DNA from: Trichinella spiralis
Lineage: Eukaryota
Length of the DNA: 64,000 bases
Assembly (NCBI RefSeq): GCF_000181795.1
Contig: NW_003526943.1
Location: 5,697,806 to 5,761,805 of the forward strand
Direction of reading: 5' to 3'
Position numbers and translations under genes: made by a program. Below the pieces are notes generated by a model. It was not told where the DNA came from. It was given only the letters and a program-made list of their open reading frames with translations, and did not search any database. Of the stretch, positions 49,106-64,000 are shown piece by piece (the first letter of the stretch is position 1; each line of letters opens with the position of its first letter).

Positions 49106-52100
49106 ATTGTGTGTATATGAAATGGTTATTTTTCTTTCTTTGAAATGTGAATTTTTTTGCAAATGCATGCTCATTGTTGAATATGTCCGTATGCAACTGT
49201 TGTTGGTGAAATAATTGTTACTCAGAGTGGGTTGCTTTTGAATTCATTTTAAGAGAAGAGAATTTAATTAAAAGAGAAAAATGAGAGTGAAAAAGCAATT
49301 TTGCTCTATTGGCAACATTCAATTTGCAGAAACTTGAAGATGGTGTGAAAAACAAGAGTTGTACGATGTAAAAAAATGTCAAATGTGTGTTTTTTAACTT
49401 TAAAAAAGTGATTTTTTTCACAATTCGTTTTGTTGTTAATGCTTTAAGCTTGTTAATGCCTTGTCAGCTTTCATCGCACTTATGCTGAAGTAAATAGCAG
49501 TAGAAGTAGTAGTAATAGCGGTAGCTGTGGCAATGGAAAAGTGCAACATGCTTTTTGGCAATTAATTTGCTTTTTCAATTTTGAGTGATTTCACAAGTAG
49601 ATGTTTTTCGATTTTTCAAACAATTTTGCCAGTAAATTCATGTGTGAAATAAATTTTGGAAAAAAGAAGTAGACGAGATGCCAAGTGCAACAGCAACATT
49701 AAGCAAGCACCAGAAGAGGATGATAATTTCCAAGTCTAGACGAATGTGGATTGCCCCGTTAATAAAATCAGACGAAATGGCCAATAATAATAATTTACTG
49801 ATCTCGGTTGCTTGGTTTTAAGACTAGCGGTAGAAGTGGGTGGCGATTTCAGACTTGTTACTTCATCATGTTTAAGAAACCTTAATCAGCTGGGCTTTGT
49901 TGAAAGAAACAATATTTGAATTGAAGTTAGCTGTGACGACGTGCGCTAGGCGGACGCTCAGCGTGGCTAAATAGCAGCTGTCATGCACGGAAACGTCGCC
50001 CAATCTTCAACAACGTGCCAGCTATGCCACTGACTTTGGTCTTCGTTGGTGTCATGTTCGGATTCAATTCTCTTGATTTTATAACTTTCATGAATAATAA
50101 TATTTTTTGCCTCTTGACTACCCCTCTTGACTTGGTTGCAATGTTCAACAAGTAAGCTTGTTTTAAACTATAAATTATTTCATGATGATAAATAAATTTT
50201 GCTCGAATTCTGCAAAATTGGTCACTTGCTACCACCACATGCTAATGTCATTTTTGCCAAGTTCAATTTGAGAAATTTGAATTTAATTTTGAAGAAATAT
50301 TGCAAGTCAAGTACACGAAATAATACATCTTACTACTCAGGAGGTTGCTTTAAGCTTAGTATTATACGTTATAAGTATTTGTATTTTTTTGTATTTCTTC
50401 TTCATCATCTTCTTCTTCTGTATAATTTTCAGATGAGAAAAGAAAATCGACTAGCTGATGAAATAAATGATTGAAAAGTTTCTAATCGACCGCATTTTCC
50501 TTTTTGCATTAAACAACCAAACCAGACTATTACCACAATTATTGATTGTTTAAAGAATGATGCGAAAGAATCATAAACATGATAAATTCTTTTATAAGTG
50601 TTTTGTTTAAATATGATTCATTATCCTGCCTGCCATTGCACTTTTTGTCTGAAAATTTTCAAATGACAAACGTGCATAATTGTCAATGTTAGTGTTAATG
50701 TTTTTCATTGATTAATGTCAAATGTCTAATAACATACAATTAAAATGCTATGCTAGCTGGTCGAGGAGAAAAATTTTTTTTTTCTCAACATTGATTTTTC
50801 CATTTTCTATTATTGATTTATTGTGAATATCTTTTTTTGCTTCAGTCAAGCTTTAGTTTTAATAATAGTTTTAGCGTTTTTCAGCTTGAAACGCAAAATA
50901 TTAAAATTTGGTCATCTTACATGTCCATTTGACTTTTAAAACTAAATTTTTCTCCACTACTTTTATAAAGATTTCTGGTAATCTTTCTGGTTGAGCAGAG
51001 TGTTAGGATCAAAAATGCATGCCAGTTGCATGGTCTTCTCAATGGCAGCTGCTCAACTTCGAGGACACTTCGTGAGAGAATCCATTGTTTATTATTTACG
51101 CAATGCTGGCAGTTATGATTATGAAATTTTATTTCTAAATTAGCTGATTAATTTTTATTTGATTTTCTGAAATTCAAAAATTTCCTTTGCGTGTGATGTA
51201 CAGCATTTCAGCATTTCATCTCCGTTCTACTATAATAGTTCTGTTTAAATATGTGCATAGTTTCAACAAGAGGAGTTTTCGTATTTGTGAACACTGCTGC
51301 ATAGGTTGTTTGTAAAATAAAGATTAGCCTGTGCTAGGCGCATTTTCAAATCGCTGCACTGACCAACAATTGCAAATAACGACTGTTTGACGTTCTGCTT
51401 ATTTTTGTCGAGGCTTTAGATTTCCACTTGCTAAAGGTCCTTTTTCTGTTTTCCATAGTTCATATTTTTCCATATTCTAGTTGGAACTTTATCTGTTTTG
51501 GAATTCAACAAATTGACTAGATATTTTATATTAAAATTAGTTTTAATGGTGAAAAAAATTTAAATCTAATCACAGTAACAGAAACTGATTGCTTCAGTTC
51601 AATCACTGATGTGAATTTGCCAAAGAGTAGTTCTAGATTTTATCCATAAGCACAAGCATCCCTTGGGTTTAAAATATTGTCGATAAATACAACATCTTAG
51701 TTTTATTTGTTTGACAGCAACTTCATTATGTCCATATGGAAATGTTCAGCTTCAAGAGTTGTAACAGTATTGATTACAGTTATTAGAGATTGTTTTCATT
51801 GTCAACCGCAGTTGTTTGGTTTCATACAACAAGTGTTTTGTGAATAGAAATTTAGCCGAGCGTTGTATTCAGCTTGCAATCGAATACAGTTCAAAAGCAG
51901 CTGTTTCCGTCTGATTACAGGTGGCTTTGACAAGATACAATAAATATATTTCAGTATCTTACAGGGTAATATATGAATGTTGTTTGTTTTGCTTGCATCT
52001 TTATCATTTGTGACAAAGAAAGAAAATCTGATCCTCATTTTGTGCACTATTTCTGTTGATCTAGCTTTTACGAATATATTTTTTCAACTTGCTACACAAT

Positions 52101-52800
52101 TTTCAAGTGCTTTTATTAAAAAAAAAGCACGATAAATTTGTACAGAAAAGTAATTTGAATCAGAATATTGTATGATCAACAACAAAATAAGGACAAATGC
52201 TTTAATGGTCATTGTAAAAATGGTATTATTGTTGTATCTTTTTAAATAATTATCTTTAATTTAGTGAGTTTATGCTTTTCTTTATTATATTCTATATTGC
52301 AAATCAGCTTTGTTTGCTCAAAAAAAGAATAAGAGAAAGTTGATTGAAAAAGAAAGCGGGTAGGTGTGGGAAAATTGGATGACCTGCTTACGTTGAAGCA
52401 ATCGCGGACGCGCACCTGGGTTAGAGTCCAAGGGCATCGACCGTAAGCGGACAAAAGCAGGTAGAATTGTTTATGCATAGAACGTGGTCTTGGCACGTGC
52501 GCGGCCGAGGACAATTCACTGACCAGCGGTCAGTGTGGGAGCCGAGCTGAGGTCAGACTGGGTCACCCCCAGCTGCGAGCTTTGTTCGTAACGATTGGCT
52601 TTTCGCACCCCGCGCTACAATCATACTGCTGTCATCAGACATGCTTGCCGACGTCTTTCCCACAATTTGTCCGCTTTCTTGTGTTTTTTCTTTTTGTTTT
52701 CTTTTCATTCTTCTATTCCACTAGCTTATATATATATACAACGACCGATAGACCGATTTACTTATTAATGTGCGGTTTTTGGCAGATATCCAGTACTAAG

Positions 52801-55800
52801 ATGAAGTGTCCGTTGGAAAGGAAACGTTTCAACGGTCGAGAGTGGCTTTTCAAACGACTTTTGCACTGCTTGGAAGGCGACGTGAGAGGTGTGGCAATTG
52901 TTGGAGAATCTGGATGCGGCAAAACGGCTGTCTGCTGCGAGCTGGTGTGGCCCAGCCGAGCCGATACCGTCCAGCGTATTCTCAACGAACGCCTGCTTGC
53001 TTATCACTTTTGCAACGCATTCGAAGCGAGCAGCTCGTCGGCTGGTCAATTTGTGCTTTCACTGGCATCACAGCTTCTCAGCGCCAAGCAGTATCCAGTC
53101 ATGGACGAATACAGACAAATCGTTACAACCGACGAACGCAAAGCGGTCTGGCTCCAAGATGTTGCCGCATGCGAAGCGTCGCCGTTGCAAGCTTTCGGGG
53201 CTTTGATTGCGGAACCGTTGGCGAAGTTGCAAAATCTTCACCAACCCGAAGACAGTTCACTTTTTCTCCTCATTGACTCCATGCACGACCAGTGCGATCG
53301 AAGTGCCGCCACTGGTGGAACCACCCCATCGGAAACGGTCACCATTTTGGACTGCATTGCAGAATTTCAGGTATCAGAAAATTTCTTTTCTTTTTTATCA
53401 CACTTTTTAATGAATAAATAATAATATATGGAAAATCATTAAAATTTTTCACTAAAATTTTTATTGAAAAAAATTTCAATATTGTAAAAAGAGAATCATT
53501 GAAGTAGATGATATTAAAAATTGAAATTTCATTTACATCCATTATCAAAAAAAATAATTATCAGTATATTTTTTTAGCAATCAATATTTTTGTTTTACAT
53601 TATATTATGAACAAAGTTTTATATAATTTGTGAGATTGCATTGCGTGCTTAATTTTTGTTTGAGTTTAAAAATATTTTATAAACATTAATTGAATGCAAA
53701 ACATTTCATAAATGTGTTTTCGTATCTCCAACTGCTAAATATTGCACGAATAATATGTGAGCTTTTGGTATAAGCTGCTGATAAATAAACTTTCGAATAT
53801 TTTTTGAAAAATTTGTGAAGAATGACTTTTGTAGCTTTTCTGTTTGTCAACTGAACAAGCTGCAGCTTATAATTTGAAAAACAATTCTTTTCTACTGAGC
53901 ATATTTAAGCATATTTTTTTGTTATAACTTGGAATTAATGACGTCAATAAGGTAAAGCTTTCCATTCGTCTAGTAGAATAGGAAATATTCGACATTTGAT
54001 ACTTTCGCGCGTCTTGAATTCAAAAACGGCAAAATTGAAGCAGTCGGTGGTTGTGGCGTGTTTTTATTCTTGACAAATGACGATCAGCTGCTTTTTTTCT
54101 GAACTTTTCCATTTTATTCGAGTAACAATTGGCAATGTTTTTGCAATATCTGCTAAATCCGAATTTAAAAAATACCTATAATTATTTACGTAAAAATTTG
54201 CATTTATTTTTGCTATCATATTTTCATTTTCAAAGATTGAATTGCATATTTTCCGAGTGGAATTTTTTGTCTGAATAGTGGATGCCAAATTGTTTGTACT
54301 TTTCTGTTAGTCAAAAGCTTTCTTTTTAGCAAAAGTTATCATAAGTTCTTGTTAACTTGAAGTAAAGTGCAGAGAAATAATTTAGTGTTATTAATTGTAA
54401 ATATTTTAAAAGTTTGGTAAATTTGGGAAATGTTTTAGAACTAAATACAACATGAAACATTCCCAAAAATCTCTATGGCCATTAATTAATTAGATCAATT
54501 AGATGCATGCAGTACTGTTTGTTTTCGGCAATATTTCAAATGTTATTTATTATCTTTGCTGCATGAAGTTAATGATGAAAATTAATTTTTTGGCATATTT
54601 CAATAATTAATTAATTGAAATAGAAATTGAAATTGAATGAATAATTTAATAGTTGTCAGTGTTTGTTTCAGTTGTCATCTATTGATTATGTTTAATAGAT
54701 AATAAATTGCAGAATATTGTTTGACGTTTTTCTCATGTATAAAGTGCATATTAAAATTTAGAAATGTAACTCAATTCAATTGAATGCCGTTATAATTTGC
54801 AGTTACTTTTTCATGCTCTTTCTTTCATACAATGCGAAAAATAATTTTTTTTCCAATTTAATTTTAAAGGAAATTCTGCCAAAGTGGTTGTTGATTGTAT
54901 GCACGTCACGCCGTCAGTGCAAATGTTTGGCTAGAAAGTTGTCTGGCTTTCGACGAATCACGTTGGACGACGTGGAACGGCCGCAGATTGCCAGCGATAT
55001 CCAACGCTACATTTTGCATCGTATGCAACAAATGCCGGTGGATTTGAATGGACAAATGGACGATTTGGTGAAATTGTTGACTATCAAAAGTGACGGCTGC
55101 TTTTTATATTTGGAAATGGTGCTGGACGCGGCTGCGGATCGTTTCCTTCTGTTACGTGATGTTTGTCAAGTTCCGGGCACGTTGAATGGACTTTACTTGT
55201 GGATGTGCGACCGGCTGTTCGACACTGAGCAGCCGTATACGACAGTGCGGACAATTTTTAGTGTGCTTTTGGCTAGCCGGCAACCTATAAGCCTGCGTCA
55301 GCTTTACCAGTGCGTCTGCACAGCCGACACGAGCTTGAGTTGGGCACAGTTCTTGGTCGCGGTGAAACGAGTAGCTCGGCTTCTGTGGACCGATGAAAGC
55401 ATGTGCTTGTTGTTCCACAGCAGTTTTGCCGACTGGTTGACAGATGTGAAACATGCAACTCCAAAATACCACTGTCAACCGCTAATTGGACACGGTTGTC
55501 TGGCGATGTATTATTCGTACAGGGCAGCTCGTCTAGGTGCCGGGGAATTGGTCAACTTTGCCTATCATCTGAGTCGACTGGCCTCTTCCGGTTTGTCGTT
55601 TGAACAGCTGGCGTTGTGGATGCTCCAATGCGGTGCCAAGGTAGATCGACTGGTGCTCGCCAGTCCAATATCTGACTCGCAGACTGAACGACTGTTGGAG
55701 CAGGCAGGCGCCACGTTGACCATCGCTGGCCAAGGCGAGGCTACTGATTCGCCAATGTTTCTGGCGGCCAAGTACGGCCGGACTAGGGTCTGCGAAGCAT

Positions 55801-57839
55801 TACTGGATGCCGGGGCCGCGGTCGATCAGCCGAACCGCGACGGTTGGACGCCGTTGAGGGTAGCGGCGCTGGGTGGACACGTCAACACAGTTAGCTTGTT
55901 GTTGCGTCGGGGCGCTGTGGTCGATGCCAGACCGGCGGACGGTCGGACAGCATTGCGCGCTGCCGCATGGGCAGGTCACGAACAGTGCTGCCGGTTGTTG
56001 CTGAAAGCCGGCGCTGATCCCAACTTGGCTGACAGTGACGGTCGAACGCCACTCATCACCGCCGCTTACAACGGTCACTTTAAGGCGGTCGAAGCTTTGG
56101 CATCAGCCGGTGCAGATCTGAACCACACGGACCGGGACGGCCGAAACGCGTTGAGTGTGCTCATGATCAACGCCCAGTTTTCAGCACCGCATCTAGCCGT
56201 TGTCCAACTCTTGCTTAGTCTTGGTTCAGAGGTCGATTCGCAAGACCGCCGCGGTCGTGGCGCGCTCCACTACGCTGCCAGGGAAGGTCTACTCCAAGCG
56301 GCCGATGTGTTGCTCGACCACGGAGCTGACACTGACCGTGAAGACGACAACGGTCTGACGCCGCTGATGTTGGCAGCCTCTTTCGGACGTCGAGATCTTC
56401 TCAGGAGACTGATCGATGCTGGCGCTGCTTTGGATTCCATCGATTCCACCGGCAAAACGGCTCTGTCTTTAGCGGCCGCCCACGGGGACCCGGGCACAGT
56501 GCAATTATTGATTGAAGTGGGTTTGGATGAGTGGCACAAAGATCACAGCGGCTGGATGCCGATACATTATGCAGCTAGTGAAGGCCACGCCGTCGCCTGC
56601 TTGCTACTCTGCGAGCACAATTTGGACACGGTCAACGCGACTGACAAAGAAGGTCGACATCCATTGCTGCTGGCTGTCGAAGAAGGCCACGCTGATGTCG
56701 TCAACGTGCTCTTGCAATGCGGAGCCGTGGTAACAGCACCGGCATTGGACGGCAGAACAGCTCTGCACGCAGCCAGCGGACGCGGATCTGCGGACATGTG
56801 CCGACTGTTGTTGCAAGCTGGGGCGCTGGTCGACGCAGTCGATGTCGATGGTCGCACCGGTTTGTACTACGCCGCCTTGGCTGGACAAGTCAGCTGCATC
56901 AGTACACTGCTCCAATACAACGCTGACGTCGATGTCGTCGACACGCAGGGCAGAGGCCCGTTGCATGTGGCCGCTTGGGTGGGCGATGAGTACACTGTGC
57001 AGCTGTTGCTCGAATCCGGCGCCTCGGTCGACCGACGCGACAGAGACGGTCGAACAGCGTTGATGGTCTCTGCCTGGAGATCGCACACCAATGTTGCTGA
57101 GCGTCTACTGGAAAACGGCGCTGATCCAAACGCCCGTTGCGCCGAAGGGGCTACCGCACTGAGCGTGGCCGCCCAACAAGGCACTGATTCTTTGGTAGCT
57201 TTGCTGCTGCGCCACAATGTTGATATGGAACTGAAAGATTCGTACGGCAGGTCAGCGGCAGACGTCGCCCGTCTGCAGGGTCATGAGAAAATAGCTAGCT
57301 GGCTAGAGGAAGCTTCCGCTGACAACATTAGACTGGGAACCACGTTGAGCGGTAGTTCGAAAAAATCTGCTGAATCTAAATCTAGCAGCGGCTACCAGTC
57401 ATTGGCTCGAACCGTGGCCACAGTCCCGATTCACTATGATTCCGCCAACAACAACAACAGCAACGACAGCAACAACAACAACAACAACAACAACAGCAAC
57501 TGCTGTTCAGGTCCGCATCTGTTCGACATGGGCAGCTTTTCTGGATTTTCACTGTTTGACGAGCACAACTCGACTGACGACGGAGAAGAGCAGCTCGAAC
57601 AGGCACAACAACGTCTCATCCACGTCGCCTTAGAACCGAAGTTGACTGTCGGCGAGCGGCTGAGCAACGCTGCTGTTGCTGATGTGAACACGATGGAAAT
57701 GACCCGCTCTTCAATAAGCACTACTGAATCTGACGAGTTGACCACGGTCGATTGGCACGGCTGTCGACAAACTGCCCAACGTGCAAGCAAACGAAACCTT
57801 ATCATCACTAATCCGCTCTACCGTCGCAGATCACCTTGA
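52801..57839 (+). CDS. ANKRD50: ANKRD50-like protein: N-terminal NACHT/STAND-type P-loop domain plus about 16 ankyrin repeats; 2 coding exons, about 1,179 aa
   Basis: Exons 52801-53370 (CAG|GTATCA) and 54870-57839 (AAG|GAAATT), phase 0. The N-terminus MKCPLERKRFNGREWLFKRLLHCLE, Walker A GESGCGKT (52903-52926), ELVWP and LAYHFC match the ANKRD50 N-terminal pattern as I recall it. TLNGLYLW and FHSSFADWL motifs follow, then tandem GxTPL/ALxxAAxxG ankyrin repeats at about 55745-57310. Confidence 0.85.
57447..57500 (+). repeat. (AAC)n coding repeat giving a poly-Asn tract in the ANKRD50-like C-terminal region
   Basis: Encodes NNNNSNDSNNNNNNNNSN; it also explains the spurious poly-Cys, poly-Leu and poly-Thr ORFs in other frames. 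Confidence 0.85.
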
Positions 57840-57912
57840 TGTATATATATCTTTTTCTCATTTCAGTGATTTTTCTTTTTCTCCATTTGTTTTTTCTTAT
57901 ACGGTGACTTTT

Positions 57913-57918
57913 AATAAA
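57913..57918 (+). terminator. Candidate polyadenylation signal of the ANKRD50-like gene
   Basis: AATAAA 73 nt after the stop codon, followed by T/GT-rich sequence. Confidence 0.45.
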
Positions 57919-58355
57919 TTATTTTGTTTTTCAATTGATCAATTAATTGTGTTTATTTTATTCTGAGTGAAATTTGTTAATTTATAAATTCAACAACTGC
58001 ATACAATATTATATCATTTAAAAAGAACAATATAATTTTACGAATGTGAAAAATATTATTTATGTATATTAAAAAAAAGTCTCCGTAAATATCTGGGAAA
58101 ATACGCATTTAATAAGATAAATGACGAGTATTAATAAACATGAAAATTTGACACTCAGGTAGAGTTAAAAAGTGCATGTAACGTACAGGTAAAGTAACAT
58201 TAGTCGACGTGCTGCTTTTTTATTGGTCAGATGAGAAGTTCACCACTTTAAACCATAGATTACTTTAAAATTTCGATAATTAAAGTGCGTACTGACAAAG
58301 TTAATTCAGTCGTGCGTTTTCTTTTCCAACGAGTACCCGCTCTCTTGGTGTGAAA

Positions 58356-59745
58356 ATGTCTTTTGATTCACATTTTTACGAAAAACTTCCAGAAGAGTTG
58401 ACTGAAGCGGAGGTGAGACTGCTGCAAAACTCTCTGCTGTCCATTCGTCTTTCTCCGCCAGGGACGAGAATAAAATTTAAGAAGGATGAGCTGATTCGTC
58501 TGATTGGTAACGCCATTCGGGTCTTCAAATCTCAACCGATGCTGCTGGAGTTGAAAGCGCCAGTTAAAATAGCTGGCGATATACACGGCCAGTATTTGGA
58601 CCTTTTAAGAACTTTCGACCATTCGGGCTATCCGCCACAGACAAAGTACCTCTTCCTCGGTGATTACGTTGATAGAGGTGTGAATTCATTGGAAGTAATC
58701 GTTCTGTTGTTTACATATAAAATTCTGAATCCAAACGACATTTTCTTGCTACGAGGCAATCACGAATGCAAGGCTCTTAATTTGATTTATGGATTTTTCG
58801 ACGAACTATCAGCTCGCTTTGGTACTGATGATGGGGATGAAATTTTTAATTGGTTTCAAGAAGCGTTCAGCTGGATGCCAGTGTCAGCATTAGTCAGTGG
58901 AAAAATTTTGTGCATGCACGGAGGTTTGTCACCTGATTTGAAAAATCTGAAACAAGTAAGTTGTCTTTTTTATAAAAACTTTTGAAAGATTTGCTTAAAT
59001 TTCCTTTTCTCTACTGCTTAAATTGAAAATATACTGTACTGCAAAAACTGTAATTTTTTGCAAATAATAATCAAGTTATTTAATGAGTAAATTGTGATTG
59101 TAGTCTACTGTAAAATGTGATTAAATACTTTAAAACTGGACGGTTAGTTTTATTGATCAATCAATAAAAATAATTTTTCATGCTTTCAGTTAAACGAATG
59201 CAATTTTTTCAAAATATTTATAGATCAATAGTTTGAAGCGTCCAATGCCATGTCTGGACTTTGGTTTGTGCTGTGATTTGTTATGGTCTGATCCAGACCC
59301 AGGCCATAAGGGATGGGCAGAAAATGCACGTGGAGTGTCTTTCACATTTGGTGAAGACGTTGTGAAAGATTATATCGAAAAATTTGACATCGATTTGATT
59401 GTTCGCGCTCATCAAGTAAGTAAATGTTCTTAAATAACTGCAATCTGTACCATTATCATCACAATTTACATTTTTAAATTTAAGCAGTACAAATTTTGAC
59501 CTTTTAAATTATTTTAAATTGAAATAATGATTTGTATTATTTAAAGTTTAATTAATTTTCAGGTAGTTCCGAATGGATTTGAATTTTTCGCTGACAAGCG
59601 TTTAGTGACAATTTTCACCGCTCCGAACTACTGTAGCGAGAGTTACAATTCAGGGGCCATTTTGGTTGTTGATGAAATTCTGCAATGTCATTTTGAAATT
59701 CTACGTCCTGACGAATCAGCAAAGCCGGAATACAAGAGAAAATAA
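58356..59745 (+). CDS. Serine/threonine protein phosphatase, PP1-like catalytic subunit (divergent paralogue); 3 exons, 324 aa
   Basis: Exons 58356-58955, 59224-59415 and 59563-59745 (TAA). All PPP motifs are intact: [53 protein letters not shown]. Confidence 0.92.
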
Positions 59746-59924
59746 GCTGCTTTCCTCATTTGTCACATTCAAAAGTTACTCATCTATTCACTTTCAATGT
59801 GAATTACACTCAGTTTTTTCATATATCATCTAAAATTTCATTCAGATCATTCATTTAATCATTTAAAATTTCATCCTGTAGATGTCTGTAATGAATTATG
59901 GGAATTTTGATTCACATTAATATA

Positions 59925-59943
59925 AATAAATTTGATAAATAAA
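59925..59943 (+). terminator. Candidate polyadenylation signals of the PP1-like gene
   Basis: Two AATAAA hexamers about 180 nt after the stop, in the 432-nt gap between the convergent PP1 and GARS genes. Confidence 0.35.
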
Positions 59944-60177
59944 TTACAAAAAGTTTTCATCATTTACGCTGAAAAAAAAGCAACAACCCACACCATACAT
60001 AATTCTGCACGTACTATATACCAATGACATCGCCCATGCATTGCATTCGAATCGATTTTTTCTTTAAAGTGCACATTAAAAAAATAAAACAACGGAATGT
60101 TTATTTATTTATTTATTTTTGCTTATTACAAGTGAGATAATCGACCGCATGCACGTTGAAATTAAAATCAGCGTGAG

Positions 60178-63922
<3,745 letters not shown>

Positions 63923-64000
63923 GTTTTTTATTTTTAATGATAAAAGTACTTGTCGTTTTCTACTAAATTTCTCCTTTACAGTAAATCTACGACAAATAAG

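Noticed and set aside
50024..50151. Hydrophobic ORF (MPLTLVFVGVMFG...) ending at a GTAAGC donor as a coding first exon of ANKRD50
   Set aside because: It ends in phase 2 whereas the 52786 acceptor needs phase 0; at most a uORF.
55152..57808. Many antisense and alternative-frame ORFs over the ANKRD50 exon, including poly-Cys, poly-Leu and poly-Thr peptides
   Set aside because: These are shadows of a GC-rich coding exon and of the AAC repeat; they contain no recognisable domains.
52801..57839. NACHT-like NTPase plus ankyrin repeats as a novel NLR-type immune receptor, or as a horizontal transfer from fungi or bacteria
   Set aside because: The N-terminal motifs match the conserved metazoan ANKRD50/TANC family, the gene has a normal spliceosomal intron, and there is no effector domain.

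Overview
AT-rich eukaryotic genomic DNA with many short GT-AG introns. It is almost certainly a nematode because it carries myotactin; the composition and loose TAG/CAG/AAG acceptors suggest a clade I worm such as Trichinella, but that is an inference. I assembled four protein-coding genes by hand from splice signals and reading-frame phase. (1) A giant myotactin/let-805-like gene on + (2627-35702, 75 coding exons in my model, about 4,650 aa): signal peptide, RVRR furin-type site, about 37 FN3 domains partly arranged in a super-repeat, an RPTP-like juxtamembrane module, one TM helix and a long cytoplasmic tail. (2) An ANKRD50-like NACHT/P-loop plus ankyrin gene on + (52801-57839, 2 coding exons), preceded by about 17 kb without convincing ORFs that appears to hold several non-coding first exons. 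(3) A divergent PP1-type phosphatase on + (58356-59745). (4) Glycyl-tRNA synthetase on - (63922-60178, 15 exons), whose frame stays open to the window edge in a mitochondrial-presequence-like peptide. No prokaryotic systems, CRISPR arrays, tRNA/rRNA genes or recognisable transposons were seen. The most interesting signals are candidate splicing-control elements around symmetric myotactin exons, the FN3 super-repeat with paired cysteines, and the donor-tipped GC-rich islands upstream of ANKRD50.
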